Origin: Alphaproteobacteria bacterium HGW-Alphaproteobacteria-18
Lineage (GTDB): Bacteria; Pseudomonadota; Alphaproteobacteria; Caulobacterales; Hyphomonadaceae
Length of the DNA stretch: 64,000 nucleotides
Assembly (NCBI GenBank): GCA_002841155.1
Contig: PHEH01000001.1
Span: forward strand, 297,825 to 361,824
Direction of reading: 5' to 3'
Shown here piece after piece: positions 1 through 9,719 of this stretch. The notes beneath the pieces were generated by a model that saw only the letters and a list, made by a program, of their open reading frames with translations, searched no databases and had not been told where the DNA came from. Both the position numbers and the translations under genes were made by a program. Position 1 is the stretch's first letter. Each line of letters opens with the position of its first letter.

Positions 1-3000
1 GAAGGGCGGTCGCCGGAGATATATTCGCGGGACGATCTGCGCGATGCGCGACGGCTGTTTGCGCGCGCGCTGGAAACGCCGGGCGGGCTGCGGATCGAGA
101 CAATCCATGCTTTCTGCGCGCGCATCCTGAGGCGCTTTCCGCTGGAGGCGGGCGTGGTGCCCGGCTTTGCGGAGATGGAAGACCGGGACGCCAGGGCGCT
201 GTGGCAGACCGCCAAGGAGCGGGCGATTCTGGCGGCGGTGGAAAGCGCGCCGGAGGAACTGGCGCTGATTACCCGTGAGGCGATGAATGAAGGCGCGGCG
301 AGCGCGCTGGACGCGCTGAAAGGGTCTGGCGCGGCCGTGATGCGGTTTGCCGAGCGGCATGAGTTTGTCATTGAGCGGATGATGGAGGCGCTGCGGGCTG
401 ATCTGGGCGCGCCTCTTGAGAGCCCGGCGGAGATACTGGCGGCCGCGATGGGCGATGCGTTGCCACGGGATGTGATCCGGGAGGCCATGGGCGCGCTGCT
501 TAAGGGAACGGCGACAGATCAGGGGCGGGCGGAGGTGCTGGCGGAAGTTTTGCTGGCGGAGACGCCGGAAGCGGTATGGGCGGCGTATGCGCCGTTTTTC
601 CTGACGGAGAAGGGCGAGTTCCGCAAAACAAATCCCTACACCAAGGCGCCGGGGCAGCTTTGCCCGCTGCTGCCGGAATATTTCCAGATCAAGGATGGCG
701 AGGGGCGCGAGACAGCGCGTATCCGGGAGCTGGTGGAGGTGTTGCAGCGGGCGAAGGCCTTTGCGCGGACGGCGGCGCTGCTACGTATCGGCTTGCCGGC
801 GCTGGAGGCCTACCGCGATGAGAAAGCGCGGCGCGGCGCGCTGGATTTTGATGATCTGATCCAGAAGACGCGGGAGTTGCTGGAAGCTGATGGGATGGCG
901 AGCTGGGTGCTTTACAAGCTGGATGGCAGCATCTCGCATGTGTTGCTGGATGAGGCGCAGGATACGAGCCCGGAGCAATGGGATCTGATCCGGGCCCTGA
1001 CGCATGAGTTTGGCGCGGGCGAGGGGCGGGACTATTCGCAAGACCCGCGGACGATGTTCATTGTGGGCGATGAGAAGCAGTCGATCTATTCATTTCAGGG
1101 CGCAGAGCCAGAGCGGCTTTTGACCGAGACGCGGGGGCTGGAAGATCGGATGCCGGGCGCGGCTGGCGCCCAGATGTTGATGTCGTTCCGGTCGGCGCCG
1201 GAAGTGCTGACCTATGTGGATACGGTTTGGAACAATTCGCCGCCAATTGATGCGGGGATTGGGGGCGCGCCGCCGCGGACGGCGGACAATATTCTGCATA
1301 CGGCGCGGCGCGCGGATCAGCATGGCGCCGTCGAGATATGGCCAATAGACCCGAAACTTCCCGATGATGAGACCGACGCCTGGGAGCGGCCGGTGGATGT
1401 GGTGCGGGCGACATCGCCGAAGGCAAAGCTGGCGACGTCTGTAGCGCGCGCGGTGCGGCGGATGATCGACCGGGGCGAGACGGTGTGGGAGGGTAAGGCG
1501 GAGCGGGCTGTTCGGCCTGAGGATGTGCTGATCCTTGTCAGCAAGCGGCAGGGCGGGCTGTTTGACTCGCTGATCAATGCGCTCAAAGCCGAAGGCCTGC
1601 CGGTGGCGGGGGCGGACCGGCTAATCCTGACCGATTTCATCGGGGTGCAGGACTGCCTCAACCTGATGCGCTTTGCGACGCTGGACCTGAGAGATCTGAC
1701 GCTGGCGGAGATTCTACGGGGGCCGTTCTGCGGGCTGGTGGATGATGACCGCTATCTTTTTCCGCTCGCCTCGCGCCGGGCGAAGGGGGAAACGCTCTGG
1801 TCGCGTGTCAAGGCGAGTGAGGATGCAGACGTTCAGAGGGCGGCGCGTTTCCTTCAGGGACTGTTCGACCGGGCGCACCTGCCGCCTTACGAGTTTTTGA
1901 GCCAGGTGCTCGACCGGGTGGGCGAGGGCGAGGGCGAGCAGACGGGATGGGAGAGGGTGAATGCGCGCCTTGGCATGCCTGCGCGCGATCCCATCGAAGC
2001 GCTGCTGTCGCGGGCGCTAAGCCATGACAGCGCGGCGCCTTCTTCGCTCCAGTCATTCGTGGCGGCGATGGAAGCAGAAAATGTGGAGATCAAGCGCGAC
2101 CTGGCGGAAGCCGGCCGAGAAGTGCGGGTGATGACCGTTCACGGGGCGAAGGGGTTGCAGGCGCCGGTTGTGATCCTTCCGGATACGACGTTCAAGCCAA
2201 AGGCGAGCGCGCCGGCGGTGCTGGAGAGCGCGAATGCCGTGGTCTGGTCGCCGCGCAAGGAAACCGATGCGGAAGCGTCCAGACGGGCACGGGCCATTGC
2301 CGAAGCCAAAGCGCGGGAGGAGCATCGCCGGCTGCTCTATGTGGCGCTGACGCGGGCGCAGGACCGGCTGATCATCGCAGGCCACTGGCAGGGGCAGGCA
2401 GGGGAAGGGAAGACCGGATTTGAAAAGGATTCCTGGTATGCGCTGTGCGATGCGGGGATGGAGCTGCTGCCCTATAATGAGATTGAGCAGGGGAGGCGCT
2501 ACGGGAAGGTGGCAACGGCTACGCGAAGCGACAGTGTAGACGCGCTGAGCCGTGGGGGCCTTCCGGACTGGGCGTTGAGGCCAGCGCCTGTTGATCCGGT
2601 CGCCCGAAAGCTTTCGGCGCCGACAAGTCTGCTCGGCCCGAAGACCCGGATTGTGGCACCGTTTGATGCGGCGCGGGAGGAACGCTTGAAGCGCGGGCGG
2701 GCCATCCACGCCTTGCTGCAATACCTGCCGGAACTGGCCGAGGAGAAGCGGGAAGCGGCGGCGGATGCCTATCTTTCGCGTGACGCTGACCTTACCGGTG
2801 CGCAGCGGGCCGAGATGAAAGCTGCGGCGCTCGGTGTGATGCGCGACCCGGCGCTCGGCGCGATCTTTCAGCCGGGCGGCCGCGCGGAGGCAGCCATTAT
2901 CGGCAAGGCAAAAGAACTGCCCGAAGGCACCGTGATCAATGGCCGGGTCGACCGGCTGGTGGTGACGCCAGACCGGGTGCTGGTGATCGACTTCAAGACC

Positions 3001-3201
3001 GATCAGCCTGCGCCGGACAATCCGGCGGATGTGGCGGAGACCTATGTGGCGCAGATGGCGGCGTATTGGGCGGTCCTGCGCTCAGCGTTTCCGGACCGGG
3101 AAGTGGTGGCGGCGCTCTGCTGGACGGACGGGCCGCGTCTCATGCGCCTGCCGGAGGGGCAGCTTTTAGCTGTGCTTACAAGTGCGCGCGGGATGGTTTG
3201 A
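1..3201 (+). CDS. addA: Double-strand break repair helicase-nuclease AddA (5' end lies outside the window)
   Basis: Frame 1 is open from base 1 (ARRLFARALETPGGLRIETIHAFC). UvrD motifs LLDEAQDT, IVGDEKQSIYSFQGA, MTVHGAKGLQAPVV and LLYVALTRA are present, plus a C-terminal PD-(D/E)xK nuclease (GRVDRLVV...IDFKTD). Followed by trxA as in the alphaproteobacterial addAB-trxA order. Confidence 0.96.
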   Translation, partial: EGRSPEIYSRDDLRDARRLFARALETPGGLRIETIHAFCARILRRFPLEAGVVPGFAEMEDRDARALWQTAKERAILAAVESAPEELALITREAMNEGAASALDALKGSGAAVMRFAERHEFVIERMMEALRADLGAPLESPAEILAAAMGDALPRDVIREAMGALLKGTATDQGRAEVLAEVLLAETPEAVWAAYAPFFLTEKGEFRKTNPYTKAPGQLCPLLPEYFQIKDGEGRETARIRELVEVLQRAKAFARTAALLRIGLPALEAYRDEKARRGALDFDDLIQKTRELLEADGMASWVLYKLDGSISHVLLDEAQDTSPEQWDLIRALTHEFGAGEGRDYSQDPRTMFIVGDEKQSIYSFQGAEPERLLTETRGLEDRMPGAAGAQMLMSFRSAPEVLTYVDTVWNNSPPIDAGIGGAPPRTADNILHTARRADQHGAVEIWPIDPKLPDDETDAWERPVDVVRATSPKAKLATSVARAVRRMIDRGETVWEGKAERAVRPEDVLILVSKRQGGLFDSLINALKAEGLPVAGADRLILTDFIGVQDCLNLMRFATLDLRDLTLAEILRGPFCGLVDDDRYLFPLASRRAKGETLWSRVKASEDADVQRAARFLQGLFDRAHLPPYEFLSQVLDRVGEGEGEQTGWERVNARLGMPARDPIEALLSRALSHDSAAPSSLQSFVAAMEAENVEIKRDLAEAGREVRVMTVHGAKGLQAPVVILPDTTFKPKASAPAVLESANAVVWSPRKETDAEASRRARAIAEAKAREEHRRLLYVALTRAQDRLIIAGHWQGQAGEGKTGFEKDSWYALCDAGMELLPYNEIEQGRRYGKVATATRSDSVDALSRGGLPDWALRPAPVDPVARKLSAPTSLLGPKTRIVAPFDAAREERLKRGRAIHALLQYLPELAEEKREAAADAYLSRDADLTGAQRAEMKAAALGVMRDPALGAIFQPGGRAEAAIIGKAKELPEGTVINGRVDRLVVTPDRVLVIDFKTDQPAPDNPADVAETYVAQMAAYWAVLRSAFPDREVVAALCWTDGPRLMRLPEGQLLAVLTSARGMV

Positions 3202-3223
3202 CTCGGCCGCAGAGTTCCTATGT
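3197..3223 (+). promoter_or_regulatory. Possible RpoH/RpoD-like promoter for trxA
   Basis: TTTGAC-N14-CCTATGT overlapping the addA stop codon; resembles alphaproteobacterial CTTGAA..CCTATAT promoters, but the spacing is short. Confidence 0.3.
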
Positions 3224-3261
3224 ATCCCCTCTAATCTGAATGACGGCAAAAGGAGCCGACG

Positions 3262-3582
3262 ATGGCAGCGATCAATGTAAATGAAGACGATTTCGACGGC
3301 GTCGTCACCGAGTCCGAAACGCCCGTCGTCGTCGATTTCTGGGCCGAATGGTGCGGCCCCTGTAAGCAGATGTCACCGCATCTGGAGGCTGTGGCCGAGG
3401 AAATGACCGGCAAGGTCAAGATCGTCAAAGTGAACGTTGACGATTATCCGTTGGTTGGCGCCCGGTATGGCGTACGCGGCCTGCCGACGCTGCTGATGTT
3501 CAAGGGTGGCAAAGTGACGGCCACGCGCAATGGCGCGATGAACCGTCAGGCCCTGACGGACTGGATCAAGCAGAGCCTTTAA
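3262..3582 (+). CDS. trxA: Thioredoxin
   Basis: DFWAEWCGPCK active site, 106 aa, RBS AAGGAG. Confidence 0.98.
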   Translation: MAAINVNEDDFDGVVTESETPVVVDFWAEWCGPCKQMSPHLEAVAEEMTGKVKIVKVNVDDYPLVGARYGVRGLPTLLMFKGGKVTATRNGAMNRQALTDWIKQSL

Positions 3583-3594
3583 GGCTCTGTTTTT
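3571..3594 (+). terminator. Rho-independent terminator overlapping the trxA 3' end
   Basis: CAGAGCCT-TTA-AGGCTCTG followed by TTTTT. Confidence 0.75.
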
Positions 3595-3603
3595 CTGAAG
3601 ATT

Positions 3604-4545
3604 TCAGGCCGTTTCACTCGTCAGCGAGATGAACACGTCTTCCAGGTCGGGCGCCTCGGTAGAGAGGTCTCCAATGCTGATGCCAGCTGTGCGGACACGC
3701 TCCAGCAGGCGCCCAATCCCGGTTTCACTCGTGCGGAAGGTGATGGCAAGGCCACCATCCTCGCGGATCTTCACGTCCATGCCTGTTAGGTCCGCAGGGA
3801 CGGTCATGAGGGGCTCTTTGGGGTAAATCACCAGCGTCTTGTAATCGAGACGTGAGAGGAGCTGATGGGTCGGCTCGCAGGCGACGATTTCGCCGTGATT
3901 GACGATCGCGATGGTATCGCAGAGCTCCTCGGCCTCTTCCAGATAGTGGGTTGTGAGGATGATGGTCGTACCGTTGGCGTGCAACTCACGCACATAGTCC
4001 CAGAGCAGGCGGCGCAGCTCGACATCCACGCCGGCGGTGGGCTCATCGAGAATGAGAACCGGAGGATTGTGGACAAGGGCCTTGGCGACCATCAGGCGCC
4101 GCTTCATGCCACCGGAAAGCTGGCGCACATAGGCATCCTTCTTGTCGGCAAGCCCTAGCGCGGTGAGGATTTCAACGGTGCGGCGCTCGGCTTTGGGCAC
4201 GCCATAGAAGCCCGCCATCAGCTCCAGCATTTCGAAAGGCGTGAAGAAGGGGTCTGCCACCACTTCCTGATTCACGACGCCGATGGCTGCGCGGCTTTGG
4301 CGCGGCTCCTTATCAATATCCAGGCCCCAGATTCGTGCGGTGCCTGATGTTTTTTTGACCAGGCCGGCGAGAATATTGATGAAGGTGGATTTACCTGCGC
4401 CGTTTGGTCCGAGAAGACCGAAGATTGATCCGGTGGGGATTGTGAGGTTTATGCCATTTAACGCTTGTTTTTCAGGCATTTTTCCGGATGCAGCATAGGT
4501 TTTCCGCAGATCGCGGACTTCAATCGCGTAGGTGGGTTCCGGCAT
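3604..4545 (-). CDS. ABC transporter ATP-binding protein (YadG/DrrA-like exporter ATPase)
   Basis: Walker A GPNGAGKST, signature LSGGM, Walker B LILDEPT. Start moved to MPEPTYAIEV (ATG 4545). No permease gene adjacent. Confidence 0.92.
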   Translation of the reverse strand: MPEPTYAIEVRDLRKTYAASGKMPEKQALNGINLTIPTGSIFGLLGPNGAGKSTFINILAGLVKKTSGTARIWGLDIDKEPRQSRAAIGVVNQEVVADPFFTPFEMLELMAGFYGVPKAERRTVEILTALGLADKKDAYVRQLSGGMKRRLMVAKALVHNPPVLILDEPTAGVDVELRRLLWDYVRELHANGTTIILTTHYLEEAEELCDTIAIVNHGEIVACEPTHQLLSRLDYKTLVIYPKEPLMTVPADLTGMDVKIREDGGLAITFRTSETGIGRLLERVRTAGISIGDLSTEAPDLEDVFISLTSETA

Positions 4546-4663
4546 GGTAAGTATTTTCCCGTTGGCAGGGCGCCTTGCGCGGTCCATGCCCAGTCTTTAG
4601 TTAGGGGGCCGCTGGCTGCGTCGCAAGCAATCGCGTCACCGCCAATTCAGGAGAACCCAAGGC

Positions 4664-4867
4664 ATGCCCGCCAAACGCGATGTTTTTACGCCGCCAGAGA
4701 TTTCCATGGTCTCGACCCATAAGGTTTCCTGCAATGGAGGCGGCGGCGCGCTTGGCCACCCGAAAGTCTGGTATGAGATGGGCGAAGAGGATTTCGTCGA
4801 GTGCAAATATTGCGACCGCCGGTTCATCCTGATCGGCGGCAAGCAAGATCCCACGCGCGCACGCTAA
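4664..4867 (+). CDS. zf-CHCC zinc-finger protein (NDUFS6/NUMM-like)
   Basis: VSCNGGGGALGHPKVW...CKYCDRRF = C-H-C-C pattern, 67 aa. Confidence 0.9.
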   Translation: MPAKRDVFTPPEISMVSTHKVSCNGGGGALGHPKVWYEMGEEDFVECKYCDRRFILIGGKQDPTRAR

Positions 4868-4901
4868 GGAGGCGGCCCCCAACAGGACCGGCAGAAAGCC
4901 C

Positions 4902-6089
4902 ATGCAGATCCTGATTGCAGGCGGCGGTATTGGCGGACTTACGGCAGCGCTGGCTTTCCTGAAAGCAGGGCATAGCGTGACGGTGCTGGAGCGGGCGCCG
5001 GAAATTGCAGAAGTCGGCGCCGGCCTTCAGATCAGCCCCAATGGCATGAAGGTGCTTGATGCGCTCGGCGCGTCAGCGCGTGTCTCGCGCGATGCCTTCC
5101 GGCCGCGGGCGCAGGAGCTCAGGCTGGGGCGAAGTGGCGCGCGGATATTCAGCGTACCGCTTCGGGAAGCCTCGCAGGCCAGATGGCGCGGCGAATATCT
5201 GCATATCCACCGGGCGGACCTGATTGAAGCTTTAAAAGCGTGCGTGGTGGACCGCGCGCCTGATGCGATCCGGCTTGGAGCGCAGGTGACCGGGTATGAG
5301 CTGCGCGAAGGCGGCGTCGTGGCGGTACTCAGCACTGGTGAGAAGGTCTCAGGCGATTTGCTCGTCGGGGCCGATGGCATCCATTCGGCAGTACGCGCGC
5401 AGATGCTTGGACCGGACAAGCCGCGCTATACCGGTAATGTCGCCTGGCGGGCGGTCGTGCCGGTTTCCAAGCTGGGAGATTATCCACCCCCGGAGACAGC
5501 ATGTGTATGGGCAGGCAAGCGCCGCCATGCGGTGACCTACCGCCTGCGCCGGGGGAGCTTGGCAAACTTCGTGGGCGTTGTGGAGAATCCGGAAGCGGGC
5601 GACGAATCCTGGACCTCCGTGGGCGCGCGGGAACAGGCTTTGAAGGATTTCAAAGGCTGGAACCCGGTGGTTCAACGGATCATTGATGAGGCGCCGCTGC
5701 TGATGCGCTGGTCGCTGTATGATCGCCCCGAACTGGCGAAATGGCAGGAAGGGCGGGTCGTGCTGTTGGGGGATGCGTGCCATCCGATGCTTCCGTTCAT
5801 GGCGCAGGGCGCGGTGATGGCGATTGAGGACGCTTATGTTCTCGCGCGGGAACTGGGACGCGGCGGGCCACTAGAAGGGGCGCTTCGCGCATATGAGGCC
5901 AAGCGGAAACCTCGGACTACACGTGTGCAGGCTGTAGCGCGGGCGAATGCGGCGCTCTTTCACCGGTCAAACCCGCTCTATCAATTCGGAACGTATGGCC
6001 CAATGTGGGTCGCTGGCAGATATCTGCCGGCTTTCGTGCATGGGCGGCATGACTGGCTATATGGTCATGATGTGACTGAACCTGACTGA
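4902..6089 (+). CDS. FAD-dependent monooxygenase (salicylate hydroxylase/3HB6H-like)
   Basis: GGGIGG Rossmann motif, DG motif GADGIHSAVR, GD motif LLGDACHPMLPFMAQGA. Confidence 0.92.
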   Translation: MQILIAGGGIGGLTAALAFLKAGHSVTVLERAPEIAEVGAGLQISPNGMKVLDALGASARVSRDAFRPRAQELRLGRSGARIFSVPLREASQARWRGEYLHIHRADLIEALKACVVDRAPDAIRLGAQVTGYELREGGVVAVLSTGEKVSGDLLVGADGIHSAVRAQMLGPDKPRYTGNVAWRAVVPVSKLGDYPPPETACVWAGKRRHAVTYRLRRGSLANFVGVVENPEAGDESWTSVGAREQALKDFKGWNPVVQRIIDEAPLLMRWSLYDRPELAKWQEGRVVLLGDACHPMLPFMAQGAVMAIEDAYVLARELGRGGPLEGALRAYEAKRKPRTTRVQAVARANAALFHRSNPLYQFGTYGPMWVAGRYLPAFVHGRHDWLYGHDVTEPD

Positions 6090-6161
6090 TGCGGGTTGCA
6101 GGGGCAGGCTAATTCGGCCACCACTCTGAAAAAGCTTACGCAGAGGAAACGGCCGCTTCAC

Positions 6162-7538
6162 ATGCTGTCTGTATTGGATATTTTTCGCGTCGGCATTGGG
6201 CCATCGAGTTCCCACACGGTTGGTCCGATCCGGATCGGGAACCGGTTCGTCGCGCATCTGGCCAGCGCTGGAAAGCTCGCCCAGACGGCGCGGATTGAGG
6301 CGGAGTTGCAGGGTTCCCTCGCGCTGACGGGCGTGGGCCATGCGACGCCCAAGGCGGTTGTGCTGGGCCTTCTCAGCCTTGACCCCGAGACGCTGGACCC
6401 GGAAGAAGCAGACCGGCTGGTTGCGCAGGCTTATGAGCAGAAAGTTCTGTTGCTGCCGGACGGCCGGAAGATGACATTCGATCCGGAGACGGACATCCGG
6501 TTTGCCTATGAGATCATGCCGGAACTGCATCCGAATGGTTTGCGAATAAGGGCATTTGATGAAGGCGGCGAGGTGATCGCCGACGAAACCTGGTATTCCA
6601 CAGGCGGCGGATTTATCGCGACACGCAAGCAGCTGGAAAAGCCGGTGGAGGATGACATCCTCCCCGTAGGCGATCCTGTGCCGTTTGGGTTTACGTCTGC
6701 GGCGCAGCTGCTGGAGCTTTGCCAGGCAAACGGTCTTGGCATTGATGAGGTGATCCTGGCGAATGAGGATGCAAAGCGGCCGCGCGAGAAGACCGAGGCG
6801 GCGCTCGACCGAATTGCGGCGGTGATGATGGCTTCTATTGATCGCGGGCTGGTGCGCAAAGGCGAGCTGCCGGGCGGTCTCAAGGTGCGCCGCCGCGCGC
6901 CAGAGATATGGCAGAAGCTACAGGAAGGGCCGCCATCGAATGAGCGCGAGCAGTTGTTTGACTGGCTGAACGTTTATGCCATGGCGGTGAATGAAGAGAA
7001 CGCGGCGGGCGGGCAGGTCGTGACGGCGCCGACCAACGGCGCCGCAGGCATCATCCCGGCGGTGATCCGGCATTATTGCGCCGATACCGAAGACGCGCCC
7101 CAGCGGATACGGAAATTCCTGCTGACGGCGGGCGGCATTGGCCTCCTCTACAAGCAGCGTGCGTCAATCTCCGGGGCGGAGATGGGGTGCCAGGGGGAGG
7201 TCGGTGTGGCGTGTTCCATGGCGGCCGGCGGGCTCGCGGCCGTCTGGGGCGGGACGCCTCAGCAGGTGGCGAATGCCGCCGAGATCGGGATGGAGCACAA
7301 TCTGGGGCTGACCTGTGACCCGGTTGGCGGGCTGGTGCAGATCCCATGTATCGAGCGCAATGCCATCGGCGCTGTGAAAGCGGCCAATGCAGCCCGGCTG
7401 GCGCTGCATTCCCTTGAGCAGACGAAGGTGTCTCTTGATCAGGTCATCGAGACAATGCGGCAGACCGGGCTGGATATGTCATCAAAGTATAAGGAGACCA
7501 GCCAGGGCGGTCTCGCGGTCAATGTCATCGAATGTTAG
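6162..7538 (+). CDS. sdaA: L-serine ammonia-lyase (Fe-S dependent)
   Basis: [23 protein letters not shown]-terminus; [37 protein letters not shown]. Confidence 0.97.
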   Translation: MLSVLDIFRVGIGPSSSHTVGPIRIGNRFVAHLASAGKLAQTARIEAELQGSLALTGVGHATPKAVVLGLLSLDPETLDPEEADRLVAQAYEQKVLLLPDGRKMTFDPETDIRFAYEIMPELHPNGLRIRAFDEGGEVIADETWYSTGGGFIATRKQLEKPVEDDILPVGDPVPFGFTSAAQLLELCQANGLGIDEVILANEDAKRPREKTEAALDRIAAVMMASIDRGLVRKGELPGGLKVRRRAPEIWQKLQEGPPSNEREQLFDWLNVYAMAVNEENAAGGQVVTAPTNGAAGIIPAVIRHYCADTEDAPQRIRKFLLTAGGIGLLYKQRASISGAEMGCQGEVGVACSMAAGGLAAVWGGTPQQVANAAEIGMEHNLGLTCDPVGGLVQIPCIERNAIGAVKAANAARLALHSLEQTKVSLDQVIETMRQTGLDMSSKYKETSQGGLAVNVIEC

Positions 7539-7629
7539 CGCATTGACACAAAACATTATCAGACCCGACACTGAAATGTAGCGGAACCGCAGTAGCGCTG
7601 CATCCTGTGTGACAGGGGCTGCGGGCAAC

Positions 7630-7977
7630 ATGCAAGATCCGAAACTCGTCTATTCGCTTGAGGTGCGTGTGATCGACCTTGAGCAGAAGGTGGCTGACCT
7701 TGAGAACAGTCTGCGAGAGATAACCAGCGGACGGGTTAAAGGTGCAGATCCGAATATTGTACCCCTGCCGCCAGCGCTGTTGAAGCGCATAAGCGACGGA
7801 GAGCATCCAGTCAGGGTTGTCCGTCAATTCCGGCTTATGACACAGAAAGAACTGGGCGAGCTTTGCGGCATCAGGCCCAACCATATTTCGGCAATCGAGC
7901 GGGGAATGTCTTACGGACTGAAAACGGCAAAACGTCTGGCGGATGCGCTGGGAGTTGCTGTTGACCTCTTGACCTGA
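7630..7977 (+). CDS. XRE/HTH_3 transcriptional regulator with N-terminal coiled coil (antitoxin-like)
   Basis: C-terminal HTH (MTQKELGELCGIRPNHISAIERG...KRLADALGV) preceded by GEHPVRVVR; heptad L10/L17/L24/I31. Confidence 0.85.
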   Translation: MQDPKLVYSLEVRVIDLEQKVADLENSLREITSGRVKGADPNIVPLPPALLKRISDGEHPVRVVRQFRLMTQKELGELCGIRPNHISAIERGMSYGLKTAKRLADALGVAVDLLT

Positions 7978-7987
7978 AACCTGGCTG

Positions 7988-8476
7988 TTAGCCAGGAATA
8001 CAGGCCCGTACGCCTGTGACTGGTAGAACTGTTTCCCAGCCATCTGCTCCAGTTGTTACGAGGCGGCCCGACTCTACGCGCTGCCCGCCTTCCAGAACCT
8101 CTCCCGGCTTAAGGTTGAGGTTCACCGACCAGCTTCCATCCGCTGAAAGATAATGCGTTTCGGTGAAGAACTGGCCGAAAACCTCGCCACTCGTATCGGT
8201 CGTTACAAGTCTATGTGCCGTGCCTTCATGGAGTACCAGCGCCTCCCCAGAGGATGCTTCCATGAAAAAGGTAAAGCGGCGTGGAGCCGCCATACCCCAG
8301 AGGAACAAGCCACATTCTCCCGCAGCGAGCCTCTGCGGCGGAAGCCCTTCAGAAGGAACTTCCGCGATGGGAGATTCCATTGCCGTTACCGCAGATCTGG
8401 CCTGGCGTGTTTCGGAGTTCGTGGAACATCCGGCGAGGATGAATGAAGCAAGAAGAAAAGTTAAAGTACGGATCAT
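7988..8476 (-). CDS. Hypothetical lipoprotein at the end of the gsp operon
   Basis: True start is MIRTLTFLL (ATG 8476), overlapping the gspN stop as ATGA. Lipobox LAG-C, 162 aa. Confidence 0.8.
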   Translation of the reverse strand: MIRTLTFLLASFILAGCSTNSETRQARSAVTAMESPIAEVPSEGLPPQRLAAGECGLFLWGMAAPRRFTFFMEASSGEALVLHEGTAHRLVTTDTSGEVFGQFFTETHYLSADGSWSVNLNLKPGEVLEGGQRVESGRLVTTGADGWETVLPVTGVRACIPG

Positions 8477-9231
8477 CTTGGCGCCTCCGGCGCGTTGGTG
8501 GGATAGCGGTAAACATAAGTGCCTGCATCCGGCAGAAACCCGGCAAGGGGAAGACCATAGTGAAACTGTTGAGGGATCACGCCGGATACGCGCGCTTCTA
8601 TATTGCCGCTGCCTCCAAGTCTGAAGCGGGCGGCGGCGTCGAGTTGCGTACCCAGCGGACTTGTCGATTGCAGCGGGATCAGAAGCATATCTCCATCGCA
8701 AGAAAGGCTGCCTGAGAGTTCAGGCCAACCAGGCCCCAGAAGCACGGAGTTCCTGCTGAGAGCATCGCTCCAGGATTGCCCGTCTGCCTTTTCACAGGCG
8801 CCTTTGCGGAAGCGCACAAGTGTTCCATTCAGGCGCGCTTTTCCTCCTGATTGGCGGAGCCAGGCGGCCGCACCCTCCAGCGCCGCAAAATCCAATTCCA
8901 TTTGGAAATCGCGCAATTGTGCGGCCCCGGATGCAAAGGCCGAGGCTTTTCCGGTGCCTCTGCCTGAAGGGCCAGTCCAGTTGAAATCATACTCGACGCC
9001 AAGCTTAAGCAGGGACGCAGGATTCAGTTTCAGGGTGGCATCACCCAAAAGATCGGAACCTGCTTTGAGGCCTGTTATCTTTCCGCCCGAAAGCGTGCCT
9101 TCAACGGATGTCCAGCTGAGCCCGCGACTCTCAGCACCTGAGGCTTTCAGGATAACGCTCAGAGGCGCAAATACTATGAGGCCCGCAATGAACCCTGCCA
9201 AGAGGACAAGTAATAGCAAGAACCGCATCAT
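8473..9231 (-). CDS. gspN: Type II secretion protein N
   Basis: N-terminal TM helix, APLS...VEGTLSGG...LNPASLL pattern, position after gspM. Confidence 0.85.
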   Translation of the reverse strand: MMRFLLLLVLLAGFIAGLIVFAPLSVILKASGAESRGLSWTSVEGTLSGGKITGLKAGSDLLGDATLKLNPASLLKLGVEYDFNWTGPSGRGTGKASAFASGAAQLRDFQMELDFAALEGAAAWLRQSGGKARLNGTLVRFRKGACEKADGQSWSDALSRNSVLLGPGWPELSGSLSCDGDMLLIPLQSTSPLGTQLDAAARFRLGGSGNIEARVSGVIPQQFHYGLPLAGFLPDAGTYVYRYPTNAPEAPR

Positions 9232-9719
9232 CGTGAAGCACCGAGTCTGAATTCTGTATCCGAGACGATACTGCCGTCAGTATCCTGCTGAAGGGTGGCA
9301 TTACTCACATAAACGCCCAGACCCGTCTCCACCTGCTCGACCCATTTGAAGTATGCAGGGCTGGCGGCTCCGGAAGCGCGATAGCGGAACGAGGCTGCGT
9401 GCTGAGCAGTCAAAGGTTCAACTACAAGATTGCTGTTGAGGGCCAATCGCTCTGCCTCAGCCTGCAACGCAGCGATATCCTGACTGGAGAGGCGCGTTAG
9501 GGGGGGTAGGATTACTTGGCCCTGTTCAATCATCGATGCAATCCGGTCCAGGCGCGTAATGGTCTGTGTTGCCCGCTCATGATTAAGCTTTGCCCGCTCC
9601 AAAGTATGAACAGCCGGGCTCAGAACGAGTTGCCAGATGAGCGCAACCGCCAGCAACAGAGCGGCAATGCCAAGTAACATTTTTTCGCGCGGATTGCGCG
9701 CGGTCCACCAGGTGCTCAT
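9228..9719 (-). CDS. gspM: Type II secretion protein M
   Basis: WWTARNPREKMLL N-terminus, single TM, coiled coil; follows gspL. Confidence 0.88.
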   Translation of the reverse strand: MSTWWTARNPREKMLLGIAALLLAVALIWQLVLSPAVHTLERAKLNHERATQTITRLDRIASMIEQGQVILPPLTRLSSQDIAALQAEAERLALNSNLVVEPLTAQHAASFRYRASGAASPAYFKWVEQVETGLGVYVSNATLQQDTDGSIVSDTEFRLGASR

